A DNA stretch of 64,000 nucleotides from contig JBCCLV010000005.1 in NCBI GenBank assembly GCA_039026695.1, positions 990 to 64,989 of the forward strand, given 5' to 3'. This DNA comes from Bacteroidota bacterium (lineage in GTDB: Bacteria; Bacteroidota; Bacteroidia; Cytophagales; Cyclobacteriaceae). Under the pieces are notes generated by a model that saw only the letters and a list, made by a program, of their open reading frames with translations, was not told where the DNA came from and ran no database searches. Position numbers and translations under genes: made by a program. Shown here piece by piece: positions 17,834 through 28,143 of this stretch (within the stretch, counting starts at the first letter, position 1; each line of letters starts with the position of its first letter).

Positions 17834-20278
17834 TTATTCATACCTTAGAGACTCTACCGGGTTCTTCGATATGGCATTCGCTATGCGACTACCTATGCTG
17901 ATCAGTGCCAAAATCAAAATAAGCACCAAAGGCAAAGCAACAAACCAAAAACCAATCTCTATCCTAAAGTTATAGTTCTCTAACCAGTTTTGCATGGCGT
18001 AGTATGCTAAAGGTAGCGTGATGATTGCAGATATTCCTACCAGAATCAAATATTCGCGGGTAAGTAGCATCATCAAATTTCCAAAGGAAGCTCCCAGCAC
18101 TTTCCTAATCCCAATTTCTTTGGTTTTTTGCTGTACGGTAAACGCTGTAAGTCCAAATAATCCTAAACAAGCTATGGTGATAGCCAGCAATGAAAAGCCG
18201 GTAAAAAGCTTCCCGAAACGCTCATCTGCCCGGTATTGCTCATCAAAATGAGTTTCCAGAAAAAAGTAGTCTATTGGGTAATCAGTAAAGATTGCGTCCC
18301 ATTCCTTCCTGATATTGGCAATTGTTTCAGTAAGCGCCCTGCCCTTGTTCTCAGTATTCTCTGGTATTTGAATTTTTACAAAGTAAAACTCAACCCAGCC
18401 GCTGATAATGAATGCGATTGGTTCAAAATTTGAGTGAAGTGAGGTGTGGTGGTGGTTTTCTAGCACGCCACGGACAGTAAGTGGCGCATAAAAGCCTTCC
18501 AGATCTTGACCGACTGCCTTTTCAGGAGAATCAAAGCCAAGCATCTCCGCCATCTTTTCATTGATCACAACATCCCCTCTTGTCCAAGGATTATCTCCCT
18601 CTCTTAATTCCCTTCCGGCTACCAGATCAATGCCAAAAAAGGAGGGATAATCCCTAGCCATTGAGATCAATCGCGTATTGAATGCTTTGCTTTTATCTTC
18701 ATTTTTCTTTCTGATATTCGTCCTCCAGGTGATTGGCTCGCCTGGAACTTCACCGCCACTCGAAATCTGCGTGATTTCAGGATATTTATTTAATGCATCC
18801 ACCAAATTTCTAAATTTTACCAAGTCGTCGCGATCATCAGATTGAATCATTCCTGGTGGTGATTCCAGTACAAGAATATTCTCAGTTTCAATCTTCAAAT
18901 CTGCATTTTTCATGAAGCTGATCTGCTTATAGACAGTATAGGTCCCAGCCAGTAAAAAAGTTGTGATCATAAACTGTACAAAGACCAAAGACTTCCTTAG
19001 TTTACTACCGCTTGATAGACCCCCACGGCCAGTCAGTATATTTACCGCCTGCAGCGACTTAAAAAGAATGCTGGGATAGCACCCAATCACCAGCGTCCCG
19101 ACTAAAATTAAGACGGCCAACAAAAGAACAACCTGCTGATTCAAGAGCATATTCCCGGGCAGGTCGGTCACGGTATTAATGAATTTTCCTCCAATCTGCA
19201 CAACAGCAAGTGCAAGCAAAAAGGCCAAAACATTCATCACTAACGCCTCCATGAAAAACAGTCCAGTTATTTGCTTTTTTGAAGAACCCATGGATAACCT
19301 TACACCCATTTCCTGCAGGCGATCGACTGTGCGTACTAGCGAAAGATTCATATAGTTAATCCAGGCTATAATCAAAATAATTACAGCCACCAGACTAAAG
19401 GCGGTTATCGCCTGGCGATCAACACCGGCACCAAAATCTCCACCAACCTCTGAATTGAGGTGGATATCGGTAAGCTTGCGCAGTGACCAATCAAATGTAT
19501 ACCCTTGAATAGCGGTGTTCGCTTCATATACCTCCTCAATGAAGCCCAGGGTTGCCTTTTGGCTTTCTACATCGTCGAGCAATACATAACTGAAGACCGA
19601 ACTTCCACAGGTCCACTTGTCATAGCAACCATTAAAATCCTCCGCGGAAGGATAAGACAACAATAGCTCAAACTGTAAATGGGAATTTTGAGGTAATTCA
19701 TCCAAAATTCCGATAATCTCGAAATCAGACTTCCCTGTATTGTTACTAAGGGTAAAGGTTTTCCCGATCGCTTCCTGCGGGTCATCAAATATTTTACTTG
19801 CCGTACCCCAGGGAAGAATCGCTTTATACTTTTCATTAAAGCTAACTTCACTACCTGCCAGAAATTTGAGGTCAAAGATTTCAAAACCACTCTTTTCCCC
19901 GAAGTACACCTCGGAAAGCTCATAATTTTCAATATTTCCTGAGTTGTTGTAAACGAGAGAACTATTGGCATAAGTAAAAGGCCATGCCCTGGCAGCCTTT
20001 TGAACAGTGGGTGTGGAGCTAAGAAGTGCAGGAGCCAATGGATCTGGGGTCTGCACTGATGGACCAACCTCCTCTCCTTCTTTAAAAACTGTAGATTCAA
20101 TTCTGAAGATTCGGTCTGCATTTTGATGATAGTCATCAAAAGATGTGTGAAAGCGTACGTACTGCGCGATCACCATGCAAGCAGCCATACCCAGCGCCAA
20201 ACCAAAAATATTGATGAAGGAAAAAAGTTTGTGCTTTTGAAGTTGTCTCAGAATGGTTTTGAAGTAATTCTTTATCAT
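17834..20278 (-). CDS. ABC transporter permease, FtsX/MacB-like (two FtsX domains plus MacB-type periplasmic domains)
   Basis: 814 aa. The N-terminus (MIKNYFKTILRQLQKHKLFSFINIFGLALGMA), the repeated 4-TM FtsX modules (IGIRKVLGAS) and the C-terminal NPVESLRYE are typical of the large Bacteroidota permease paralog family. Confidence 0.85.
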   Translation of the reverse strand: MIKNYFKTILRQLQKHKLFSFINIFGLALGMAACMVIAQYVRFHTSFDDYHQNADRIFRIESTVFKEGEEVGPSVQTPDPLAPALLSSTPTVQKAARAWPFTYANSSLVYNNSGNIENYELSEVYFGEKSGFEIFDLKFLAGSEVSFNEKYKAILPWGTASKIFDDPQEAIGKTFTLSNNTGKSDFEIIGILDELPQNSHLQFELLLSYPSAEDFNGCYDKWTCGSSVFSYVLLDDVESQKATLGFIEEVYEANTAIQGYTFDWSLRKLTDIHLNSEVGGDFGAGVDRQAITAFSLVAVIILIIAWINYMNLSLVRTVDRLQEMGVRLSMGSSKKQITGLFFMEALVMNVLAFLLALAVVQIGGKFINTVTDLPGNMLLNQQVVLLLAVLILVGTLVIGCYPSILFKSLQAVNILTGRGGLSSGSKLRKSLVFVQFMITTFLLAGTYTVYKQISFMKNADLKIETENILVLESPPGMIQSDDRDDLVKFRNLVDALNKYPEITQISSGGEVPGEPITWRTNIRKKNEDKSKAFNTRLISMARDYPSFFGIDLVAGRELREGDNPWTRGDVVINEKMAEMLGFDSPEKAVGQDLEGFYAPLTVRGVLENHHHTSLHSNFEPIAFIISGWVEFYFVKIQIPENTENKGRALTETIANIRKEWDAIFTDYPIDYFFLETHFDEQYRADERFGKLFTGFSLLAITIACLGLFGLTAFTVQQKTKEIGIRKVLGASFGNLMMLLTREYLILVGISAIITLPLAYYAMQNWLENYNFRIEIGFWFVALPLVLILILALISIGSRIANAISKNPVESLRYE

Positions 20279-20569
20279 AATCCAGCCGTTTTGCTACTAA
20301 AGGAATAAACTCCATGCCATGAAGATTAACTTACTGATAATCAATTATTTAAAATTGATCATGTTTAAAGAATTGTTCAAAATCGCACACTAATGTGAAC
20401 ATTGTAATTCATTTCGTCCAAACTTAACACTGCAAATTCTTAAAGCGAACGAGTTTATTTCACCTAAGAGTACTTTAGCTCCAATGACCTGATCCAGCAT
20501 CCCAGTCTACTGCAAAAGAAGACTGGACCGGGCTTTTAAAGAAATCCTTTAAAATGCTGATATTCGAAA

Positions 20570-21733
20570 ATGCAAAAATCTAAACTACTGCTAGTTCTCC
20601 TTCCGTTTTACAGTTTAGGGCAAATCTCTTTTGATACTTTAGGATGGAATCAAGCATTAGAAAAAGCTCAAGCAAATAATAAGTCAATTTTTGTACATGC
20701 CTATTCAGAATGGTGCGAACCCTGCCAATCCATGGAGGTATACATCTACACTGATCAAGAGGTTGGAGACTTTTATAACCAACACTTTGTCAATTTAAAA
20801 CTTGATCTCGAAAATTATCCTGGTGTTTTTCTCGCTGAAAAATATCGGCTTGGGATATATCCTGGATACTTATTTGTACAATCGGATGGATCGGTGCTAC
20901 ATAGGGGCTGTGGATCGATGGACGCCAGCGAATTTTTGCTAATGGGTGAAACAGCGCTCGACCCAAAAAAGAACCTTGCCTTTTTCAATCGGACATTCAA
21001 CAACGACAATCGCGATACTGATTTTGTCATGAATTATTTAGAAGTGATTGAAGCTGGCTGCCTGGATCCAGAACAGGCTGCCTCGTCAATATTGACAGGA
21101 ATACCCACAGAAGAACTAGCGTCCGACTTTGCCTGGAATCTCATAGCTAGTTACAACTGGGACGTGTACAGCAGAGAATTTAAGTATCTGCTTTCTAACC
21201 CCAAAGTGTTTGAGGCTAAGCACGGGAAAGCTGCTGTGCAAACTAAGATCTACGATACATTCATGGCACAGTACCAGGAAGTATACGAATCAGAGGAGTT
21301 ACACACTTTTGGTATGAGGTCGCTAATGGAAGCGATTGATCAAGCTGATTTTCAGGGTGCTGATACGTTAAAAATTATGATGCAGCTGCATCTGGCTGAA
21401 TACACCGAAAATTGGGCTGAATATGGAGACTATGCGATAGAGTATATGAGTGTAATCAATGTGGTAGATCCCTACGAACTAGCCGACTTAGCTTGGAAGT
21501 TCTATCTCTTCGTTGAAGATCCAGCCAAACTAAAAAAAGCCATCATATGGGCAAAAACAGCAGTGGATAAAGAACCTGCACCCTTAATTATTGATACCCT
21601 GGCCTCCCTGTATTTTAAACTAGGAAATAAGAAAAAGGCCATTGAGCTTGAGTCCAGAGCACTGGAATTAGCAAAGGGTATGTACGAAGATGTGGAGCAC
21701 TACAAATACCAGCTTTACACATTCGAGAACTGA
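20570..21733 (+). CDS. Secreted thioredoxin-fold protein with C-terminal helical/TPR-like domain
   Basis: 387 aa with a signal peptide. The Trx-like CxxC site is in the context IFVHAYSEWCEPCQ. The C-terminal half is helical-repeat-like. Confidence 0.7.
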   Translation: MQKSKLLLVLLPFYSLGQISFDTLGWNQALEKAQANNKSIFVHAYSEWCEPCQSMEVYIYTDQEVGDFYNQHFVNLKLDLENYPGVFLAEKYRLGIYPGYLFVQSDGSVLHRGCGSMDASEFLLMGETALDPKKNLAFFNRTFNNDNRDTDFVMNYLEVIEAGCLDPEQAASSILTGIPTEELASDFAWNLIASYNWDVYSREFKYLLSNPKVFEAKHGKAAVQTKIYDTFMAQYQEVYESEELHTFGMRSLMEAIDQADFQGADTLKIMMQLHLAEYTENWAEYGDYAIEYMSVINVVDPYELADLAWKFYLFVEDPAKLKKAIIWAKTAVDKEPAPLIIDTLASLYFKLGNKKKAIELESRALELAKGMYEDVEHYKYQLYTFEN

Positions 21734-21781
21734 TACACATTCCAGAACTAAGAAGCTACAAGGTTTTCATAATCGCTTCGT

Positions 21782-22711
21782 TTAAAGCTTCAGTTTTCGC
21801 ATCCCCTTAAAGTACAGCCACATCATCTTCATCTTGGAGCCCTCTTTCTTTTTGCGGCTCATCTCCATTGCATCCCAAAGTTCCTGCGGTAGGGCATCTA
21901 GCATATTGAACTCACCAGCCCCCTTCAGCCACTCTGCTCCATCAATGGTAATGACTTCACCATTGATATAGGCAGAAAAATCCGAAACCAAGTAGGCTGC
22001 CAGATTAGCAAGTTCCTGATGATCTCCTACCCTTCCTAGGGGTACTTTATTGGCAGGGTCATATTTCTTTTTCAAATCTCCCGGAAGCAGCCGGTCCCAG
22101 GCACCCTCGGTAGGAAAAGGGCCAGGCGCTATTGCATTGCTACGAATTCCATACTTCGCCCATTCGACCGCCAGTGAGCGGGTCATCGCCAAAACTCCAC
22201 TTTTTGCACAAGCAGATGGCACCACATAGCCGGACCCTGTCCAGGCATAGGTAGTGACAATGCTAAGAATATTACCTGGTCTTTTTGTTTCAATCCAGTC
22301 TTTACCCATTGCAAGGGTAAAATTGTAGCTGCCTTTCAGCACAATATCGACCACCGTATCAAAAGCTCGGTGGGACAGTCTTTCCGTCGGGCTTATAAAA
22401 TTGCCAGCAGCATTATTGAGGAGCACATCAACTTGGCCAAACTGCTCTTTTGCCTCAGAAATCACTCGCTCTACCTGATCATATTGCCTAACATCACAAG
22501 CGACGCAATGGACAGGGAATCCTGTTTCTTTAGTGATTTCCCCAGCTGTCTTTTCTAGCACCTCCATCTTTCTGCTGGTAATCACCAGATTGGCACCTAA
22601 GCTTGAAAAATAAGATCCCATGGACTTGCCCAAGCCAGTGCCACCGCCCGTCACAATAATAGTTTTTCCTTTGAGCGCTTCGGGGCGAAGCATTCCTTCC
22701 GTATAGGTCAT
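21782..22711 (-). CDS. SDR family oxidoreductase (2,4-dienoyl-CoA-reductase-like)
   Basis: 309 aa. Rossmann motif TGGGTGLGK, plus NNAAGNF and a catalytic region with SACAKSG. The basic C-terminal tail is unusual. Confidence 0.8.
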   Translation of the reverse strand: MTYTEGMLRPEALKGKTIIVTGGGTGLGKSMGSYFSSLGANLVITSRKMEVLEKTAGEITKETGFPVHCVACDVRQYDQVERVISEAKEQFGQVDVLLNNAAGNFISPTERLSHRAFDTVVDIVLKGSYNFTLAMGKDWIETKRPGNILSIVTTYAWTGSGYVVPSACAKSGVLAMTRSLAVEWAKYGIRSNAIAPGPFPTEGAWDRLLPGDLKKKYDPANKVPLGRVGDHQELANLAAYLVSDFSAYINGEVITIDGAEWLKGAGEFNMLDALPQELWDAMEMSRKKKEGSKMKMMWLYFKGMRKLKL

Positions 22712-22778
22712 TTGTTGTTTTTTTCCAGAAGTTAGTCAATCTTGGAAGGGAATCCAGTTTTTTGGTCTTCGACCTGTG

Positions 22779-24539
22779 CTATAAGCGCTCAATCCATCTA
22801 AATAAAAAACCAAAGCATATTAATACTACCACCAGCAGTCCCAGACCTACTACGTAGTTCCCAATCAAAAAAGCGCCTAAACCAAAAAGGCATGCATAAA
22901 TGGCCACAGTGCCGATAAAGACCGAAAGGATGGATCGTCCTAATCCTGTAGGTTGATTTCCAAATTCCTTCCATCCTGCATCGGGCCTGATCCTAGTGGC
23001 AAAATCAATGAGGGTTTTTTGGTTCTCCGCTTTCCCTACAAAAGCTGATATCAACCATGCTACAGTGGTAATACCTGTCGTGAGGAGCAACTTTGATGTA
23101 AAGCCGTCAATCCATTCGTTGGCTACCGCAGTATCTGGGACGATTAGCACTAAAACCAGCGCATTTAGGGTGGCCACCACCATCGCAACGATCTCAGTGA
23201 CTGCATTGATGCGCCACCAAAACCAACGCAAGAGATAGATGGCGCCTGTACCAGCACCGGAAAGGAGAAGTATATTGAAGGCTTGACTTGCATTCTCCAA
23301 TACAGTAAGCGCAAGCACTGCCGAAACAGCCATGAGAAAAACAGTGAAGATGCGCGCCAGACCTACAAGCTCTCGTTGAGAGGCATCAGGCCTGATGAAA
23401 CGATGATAAAGATCATGCACTAAATAAGACGAACCCCAATTTAAGTGTGTGCTGATGGTAGACATATAAGCAGCGATCAATGAGGCGAGAACTATGCCCA
23501 GCCACCCCGGAGAAAGGAGGGAAAGCATTACGGGATAAGCAATATCATTCCCTAGGTATTGCTCATTTATCTGAGGAAATTTTTCCCTGATGGACTCAAG
23601 ATCAGGAAAAAGAATCAAGGAAGCTAAAGCGACAATGATCCACGGCCAGGGACGCAGCGCATAATGCGCGAAATTGAAAAAGAGCGTGGCGCCAACGGCA
23701 TGTTTTTCGTTTTTGGCCGCAAGCATACGCTGTGCGATGTAACCGCCCCCGCCTGGCTCTGCACCAGGATACCAGACAGACCACCATTGTACAGCCAGTG
23801 GAATAATAAACATAGAAACCAGCACGGATCGGTCATTGAAATCAGGGACGATTGTAAGCTTTTCTTGAAGTGCACTGTGCGATAGCAAACCTGATATTCC
23901 CCCTATCTCAGGCTGACTGACTGCTATGTATGCAGCATAGATTGCTCCAAACAATGCGATCACAAATTGAAAAAAATCTGTCCAGATGATTCCTTTGAGG
24001 CCGCCTAAAATCGAGTAGATCACAACGATAATTGAGGATATTACCACTGTTTGCAAAGGTGTGGTTCCAAAAAGAACAGATGCGATCTTTATTGCTGCCA
24101 GGGTTACAGACCCCATAATAAGACAATTGAAAAAAAGGCCTAGGTAGATGGCACGGAAGCCCCGAAGAAACTGTGCAGCTTTTCCACTGTATCGAAATTC
24201 GTAGAATTCAAGATCGGTAAGGATGCCGGCCCTCCTCCAGAGTTTAGAGTAAATGAAGACAGTGATCATCCCAGTAATCAAAAAAGACCACCAGGCCCAA
24301 TTCTTTGCAACACCTGATTCCCGCACAAAACCAGTAACCAAATTGGGAGTATCTGCAGAAAAGGTAGTAGCCACCATAGAGAATCCAAGTAGCCACCAAG
24401 GCATGGACCTGCCTGCGGTAAAGAATGCCTCTTTGCTCTTCTGAGCACTTTTGGCAGCCCAAATGCTCACTCCTAGCAGGAGGAAAAAGAAGGCGAAAAT
24501 AACAGCCCAGTCAAGCGTAGATACTAGCATATTGATCAA
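22779..24539 (-). CDS. Sodium:solute symporter (SSS) family transporter
   Basis: 586 aa with about 13-14 predicted TM helices. SSS-like motifs: GRSMPWW, GGLKGIIWTDFFQ and AAYMSTISTHLNWGSSY. Confidence 0.85.
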   Translation of the reverse strand: MINMLVSTLDWAVIFAFFFLLLGVSIWAAKSAQKSKEAFFTAGRSMPWWLLGFSMVATTFSADTPNLVTGFVRESGVAKNWAWWSFLITGMITVFIYSKLWRRAGILTDLEFYEFRYSGKAAQFLRGFRAIYLGLFFNCLIMGSVTLAAIKIASVLFGTTPLQTVVISSIIVVIYSILGGLKGIIWTDFFQFVIALFGAIYAAYIAVSQPEIGGISGLLSHSALQEKLTIVPDFNDRSVLVSMFIIPLAVQWWSVWYPGAEPGGGGYIAQRMLAAKNEKHAVGATLFFNFAHYALRPWPWIIVALASLILFPDLESIREKFPQINEQYLGNDIAYPVMLSLLSPGWLGIVLASLIAAYMSTISTHLNWGSSYLVHDLYHRFIRPDASQRELVGLARIFTVFLMAVSAVLALTVLENASQAFNILLLSGAGTGAIYLLRWFWWRINAVTEIVAMVVATLNALVLVLIVPDTAVANEWIDGFTSKLLLTTGITTVAWLISAFVGKAENQKTLIDFATRIRPDAGWKEFGNQPTGLGRSILSVFIGTVAIYACLFGLGAFLIGNYVVGLGLLVVVLICFGFLFRWIERL

Positions 24540-24646
24540 TAGCGCAAGTGAAAATACGATTCCTAATGTAACCTTTCTAAGTTTTCAGGGTAAATACTCT
24601 TCGAATGCAGGCGCAAAGCTTGTATTCTCAACTTAACAACCAACAC

Positions 24647-27016
24647 ATGCTTTTTAACTTCCTGTCTCTCTCTGTGAGGAGCCTAAAAAAGAATGGGCTT
24701 TATTCAATCATCAATATAAGCGGTCTCACCATTGGCATCATCTGTAGCGTACTAATTCTGCTATGGGTAGAAGATGAGGTATCCTACGACAAGTTCCTAC
24801 CCAAATATGATCGGCTGTTTCAGGTTTGGATCAGTAGCGACTATGACAATAAAGTTAACAATTGGGAATCTGTACCTCTACCCACCTATGAGTTCATGAA
24901 GACAGTGGATAGTAACGTAAAGAACTCCACAGTAGTGGGCTGGGGTAATCCAAGACTTCTAGCTGCTGGGGATGTCCGGATCATTAAGCATGGCTACTAC
25001 GTAAGTGAAGAGTTTCTGGAGATGTTTGAATTTCCGTTGCTAAAAGGATCCCATTCAGAGGCATTGAAAGATCCTCTGTCAATTGTTATTTCAGAATCAC
25101 TGGCCACAATTCTTTTCGGTGATGAAGACCCTATTGGCAAGCAAGTGAAGCTAGCGGATGAAGGACTACTACAGGTTACAGCCGTACTCAAGGATCTACC
25201 GAAAAACTCAACCTTTCAATTCGATTATCTAGCGACCTGGAAATACCGTGAATCGCAGAACAAATGGATCAGAGAAAACAAGACTAATTGGGGAAATTAT
25301 TCCTACCAAGTCTTTGTAGAACTGAACGAAGCTTCGAGACAGGCCGCAGTAGATCAAAGTATCTTTCCGGTGATGATGGAGAAAGACGCAGAAGACGGCA
25401 TTGAAAAGCATTTGTTCCTTTACCCGATGAAGAAGTGGCGTCTTTACTCCAACTGGGATGCACAGGGAAATGAGATCGGGGGACGCAGTGACTATGTGCA
25501 GCTATTTACCTTCATCGCAGTAGTAATTCTGGTCATCGCTTGTATCAATTTCATGAATCTCGCCACTGCCCGATCAGAAAAACGGGCCAAGGAAGTTGGG
25601 ATTCGCAAAAGTTTGGGCTCTAGCAAAAAACGCTTAATCGCGCAATTCATCAGTGAATCTATTTTTACTACAACTATTGCTTTTGTAGCCGCATTGATAC
25701 TTACACAGGCTTTACTACCTGCATACAATGACTTAGTAGAAAAACAGCTATCCATCAATTATTCAGATCCGCTATTTTGGATCTATTCAGTCTGTGGCAT
25801 TATTATACTTGGCATAGTTTCAGGCAGCTATCCTGCGTTCTACCTGTCTTCTTTTAATCCTATAAAAACGCTGAAAGGCACCCTAAAGATGGGAAAGGGA
25901 GGAACTCTGCCACGAAAAATCCTGGTGGTACTGCAATTCAGCTTCTCCATTATACTTATCATCAGCACGATCATCATTTTTCGACAAATAGAGCTAGTGA
26001 AGGATAGAGATTTGGGATACGACCAAGAAAACCTGCTATCGATGGACTATACACATGACATCAGTGAAAACTACGATGTAATAAAACAGGAACTTTTGGC
26101 GTCAGGTGTGGTAGAAAGTATGACAAGGTCGAATAGTAAAATCACCCAGATCAACTCCAATAACTTCCTCGGTTGGCCTGGAAAACCAGAAAACCAAAAG
26201 GTGATTTTCACTACCATTACCTCTGATTATGACTATGCCGAGACGATGGGGATAGAAATGCTACTGGGTAGAGATTTTTCAGCTGATTTTGCAAGCGATT
26301 CGAATGCCATCATTGTGAATAAAGCTGCACTTGAGCTGATGAATTTAGAGGATCCAATTGGCACCAATCTTTCACTTTGGGGAGAACCGAGAAAGCTCGT
26401 AGGCGTAATGGACAATGTGCTAATGGGTTCAATTTATGAACCGGTGAAACCACTATTCATGGTGCTGCAAAATTGGGGAGGGTATGTAACTATTAGGCTT
26501 AAGAAAGAACAAGACTTGACGGAAGCACTGGGAATACTGGAAAAGATTTTCAACAAATACAATCCAGCTTATCCATTTGACTACAAATTTATGGATACCG
26601 ATTTTCAGCAAAAATTTAATACAATTTACCTAACGCAGAAACTGGCAACACTCTTCTCGGCATTAGCAATCATGATCACAGGTTTGGGACTTTTTGGATT
26701 GGCCGCTTTCACCGCGGAGCAGCGCACCAAAGAGATAGGCATAAGAAAGGTGCTTGGCGCTACTGTAGCTAATCTCGTAAAACTCATGTCATCAGATTTT
26801 GCCAAGTTGGTGATCATATCTTTTGTACTTGCAGCCCCTGCCGGATGGTATTTGATGGACAAATATCTCGATAGATATACCATCCGAATATCGATTGAGT
26901 GGTGGATTTTTCCTGTAGTAGGCCTGTTGGTTTTGGGATTTGCAACCTTGATCGTATCCGCCCAAGCTCAGAGAGCCGCGAAGGCAAATCCTGTTAATTC
27001 CTTACGCAGTGAGTAA
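24647..27016 (+). CDS. ABC transporter permease, FtsX/MacB-like (paralog of 17834..20278)
   Basis: The ORF opens at 24605. The ATG at 24647 gives the family-typical N-terminus MLFNFLSLSVRSLKKNGLYSIINISGLTIG. FtsX modules are present (VGIRKSLGSS, IGIRKVLGAT), and the C-terminus reads NPVNSLRSE. Confidence 0.85.
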   Translation: MLFNFLSLSVRSLKKNGLYSIINISGLTIGIICSVLILLWVEDEVSYDKFLPKYDRLFQVWISSDYDNKVNNWESVPLPTYEFMKTVDSNVKNSTVVGWGNPRLLAAGDVRIIKHGYYVSEEFLEMFEFPLLKGSHSEALKDPLSIVISESLATILFGDEDPIGKQVKLADEGLLQVTAVLKDLPKNSTFQFDYLATWKYRESQNKWIRENKTNWGNYSYQVFVELNEASRQAAVDQSIFPVMMEKDAEDGIEKHLFLYPMKKWRLYSNWDAQGNEIGGRSDYVQLFTFIAVVILVIACINFMNLATARSEKRAKEVGIRKSLGSSKKRLIAQFISESIFTTTIAFVAALILTQALLPAYNDLVEKQLSINYSDPLFWIYSVCGIIILGIVSGSYPAFYLSSFNPIKTLKGTLKMGKGGTLPRKILVVLQFSFSIILIISTIIIFRQIELVKDRDLGYDQENLLSMDYTHDISENYDVIKQELLASGVVESMTRSNSKITQINSNNFLGWPGKPENQKVIFTTITSDYDYAETMGIEMLLGRDFSADFASDSNAIIVNKAALELMNLEDPIGTNLSLWGEPRKLVGVMDNVLMGSIYEPVKPLFMVLQNWGGYVTIRLKKEQDLTEALGILEKIFNKYNPAYPFDYKFMDTDFQQKFNTIYLTQKLATLFSALAIMITGLGLFGLAAFTAEQRTKEIGIRKVLGATVANLVKLMSSDFAKLVIISFVLAAPAGWYLMDKYLDRYTIRISIEWWIFPVVGLLVLGFATLIVSAQAQRAAKANPVNSLRSE

Positions 27017-27249
27017 ACAGACTGAACGTAGATTTAGAAAACTAAGTAAAATACTTACAGTAATATGCGAAATTTCCCTCTAATCCATTGGACTTGCATC
27101 CGCTAACCTTGTTTAAGAAATCAGCCAGCTATGGTTTCTCTCCCACAAAGATTTTTGCAACCAGCATCAAAGCACGATTAGGGTGATTATTTGTAGAAAT
27201 TGTTTCCGGTGAAATGCCGGAAGCATTTCTGCAATTATTTTTGAACCCA

Positions 27250-28104
27250 ATGCGATATCTACTTCTTCTTTGTATTATCATAAGTCTGCAAAGCCAAGCA
27301 CAGGATTTTCTTTCGTGGCGATTTAATGACCGCTACTTTTCTCTATCTCTGGGTACAGGATCAGCCACCTACTTTGGTGAGTTGAATCAAAAAAATGAAA
27401 TTAATAGTGGACTGTCTCTACTTTCTGCAGGTGTAGAAGCGCGCCTTTTGAGCAGAATCAGTGCCCGGATCGAAGTAAACTATCTCACCTTACAAGGAGA
27501 TGACGCCAATGCTTCTTTTGATTCCTTTGAGAGGCAAAGAAACTTATCATTTGAATCAAGAAACTTTCAAGTAAGACTCGATGGGCTTTTTTACTTCAAA
27601 GAGTATAGAGGCGATTACCACAGGAGATGGATTTTTGATCCATACTTGATTTCCGGTGTAGGCTTTTTACGCTACAACCCAGCAGCCCAATTTAGCAACC
27701 AAAGATTTTTGTTACGAGAGGCAAGGACGGAGGGCCGGACTTACAAAAAGTGGGCAGTCACAGTACCGGCTGGTTTCGGTGCAAAGTTCAGGATCAATGA
27801 GTTTGTAAACCTTAGCGCTGAAATACTGTATCATTTTGCTTTTACTGATTTCATAGATGATGTTTCCACCGTATATGGCTCTGAATTCGCAAGCTCTACA
27901 GCGGAATTTCTTTCTGATCGGAAAGAAGAAGTAGGAATAATTACACCCGAATTTTACGATCAGATCCAGCCTGGAGCAAAACGAGGAGACGCAAGTAACA
28001 ATGATGCGTTTTTACTTCTTTCGCTGAAAGCAGAAGTTTTTATCCCGCAGGGCCTCTTTAGTGGCAATCGCAAAGCAGTAATCAAAAAGCCATCTGCATA
28101 TTAA
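27250..28104 (+). CDS. Outer-membrane beta-barrel protein (DUF6089-like)
   Basis: The ATG at 27250 gives a signal peptide, MRYLLLLCIIISLQSQAQ. The body has alternating amphipathic beta-strand patterns. The ORF-track start at 27214 sits in the loop of a hairpin and is less likely. Confidence 0.6.
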   Translation: MRYLLLLCIIISLQSQAQDFLSWRFNDRYFSLSLGTGSATYFGELNQKNEINSGLSLLSAGVEARLLSRISARIEVNYLTLQGDDANASFDSFERQRNLSFESRNFQVRLDGLFYFKEYRGDYHRRWIFDPYLISGVGFLRYNPAAQFSNQRFLLREARTEGRTYKKWAVTVPAGFGAKFRINEFVNLSAEILYHFAFTDFIDDVSTVYGSEFASSTAEFLSDRKEEVGIITPEFYDQIQPGAKRGDASNNDAFLLLSLKAEVFIPQGLFSGNRKAVIKKPSAY

Positions 28105-28105
28105 C

Positions 28106-28128
28106 AGCAAGAAGGCAGCTTGCTTTTT
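28106..28128 (+). terminator. Rho-independent terminator
   Basis: AGCAAG-AAGGCAG-CTTGCT followed by TTTT, starting 2 nt after the stop at 28104. It lies between convergent genes. Confidence 0.55.
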
Positions 28129-28143
28129 CCAGCAAACGGCTGC

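Noticed and set aside
20279-20569. A 290-bp AT-rich intergenic region examined for invertible-promoter inverted repeats or a small RNA. It contains the TCAATT-N6-AATTGA palindrome at 20341-20358, and the CCAGTCT-(11 nt)-AGACTGG hairpin at 20502-20526.
   Set aside because: No long flanking inverted repeats of the kind seen at Bacteroidota invertons. The hairpin has no adjoining U-tract and no upstream gene in the same orientation. These are probably ordinary promoter or leader sequence for the divergent genes.
27204-27222. Hairpin TTCCGG-TGAAATG-CCGGAA enclosing the ATG (27214) listed as the start of the OM beta-barrel ORF.
   Set aside because: It is short with no U-tract. The most economical reading is that 27214 is not the real start, since ATG 27250 gives a proper signal peptide. 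This is not a regulatory RNA.
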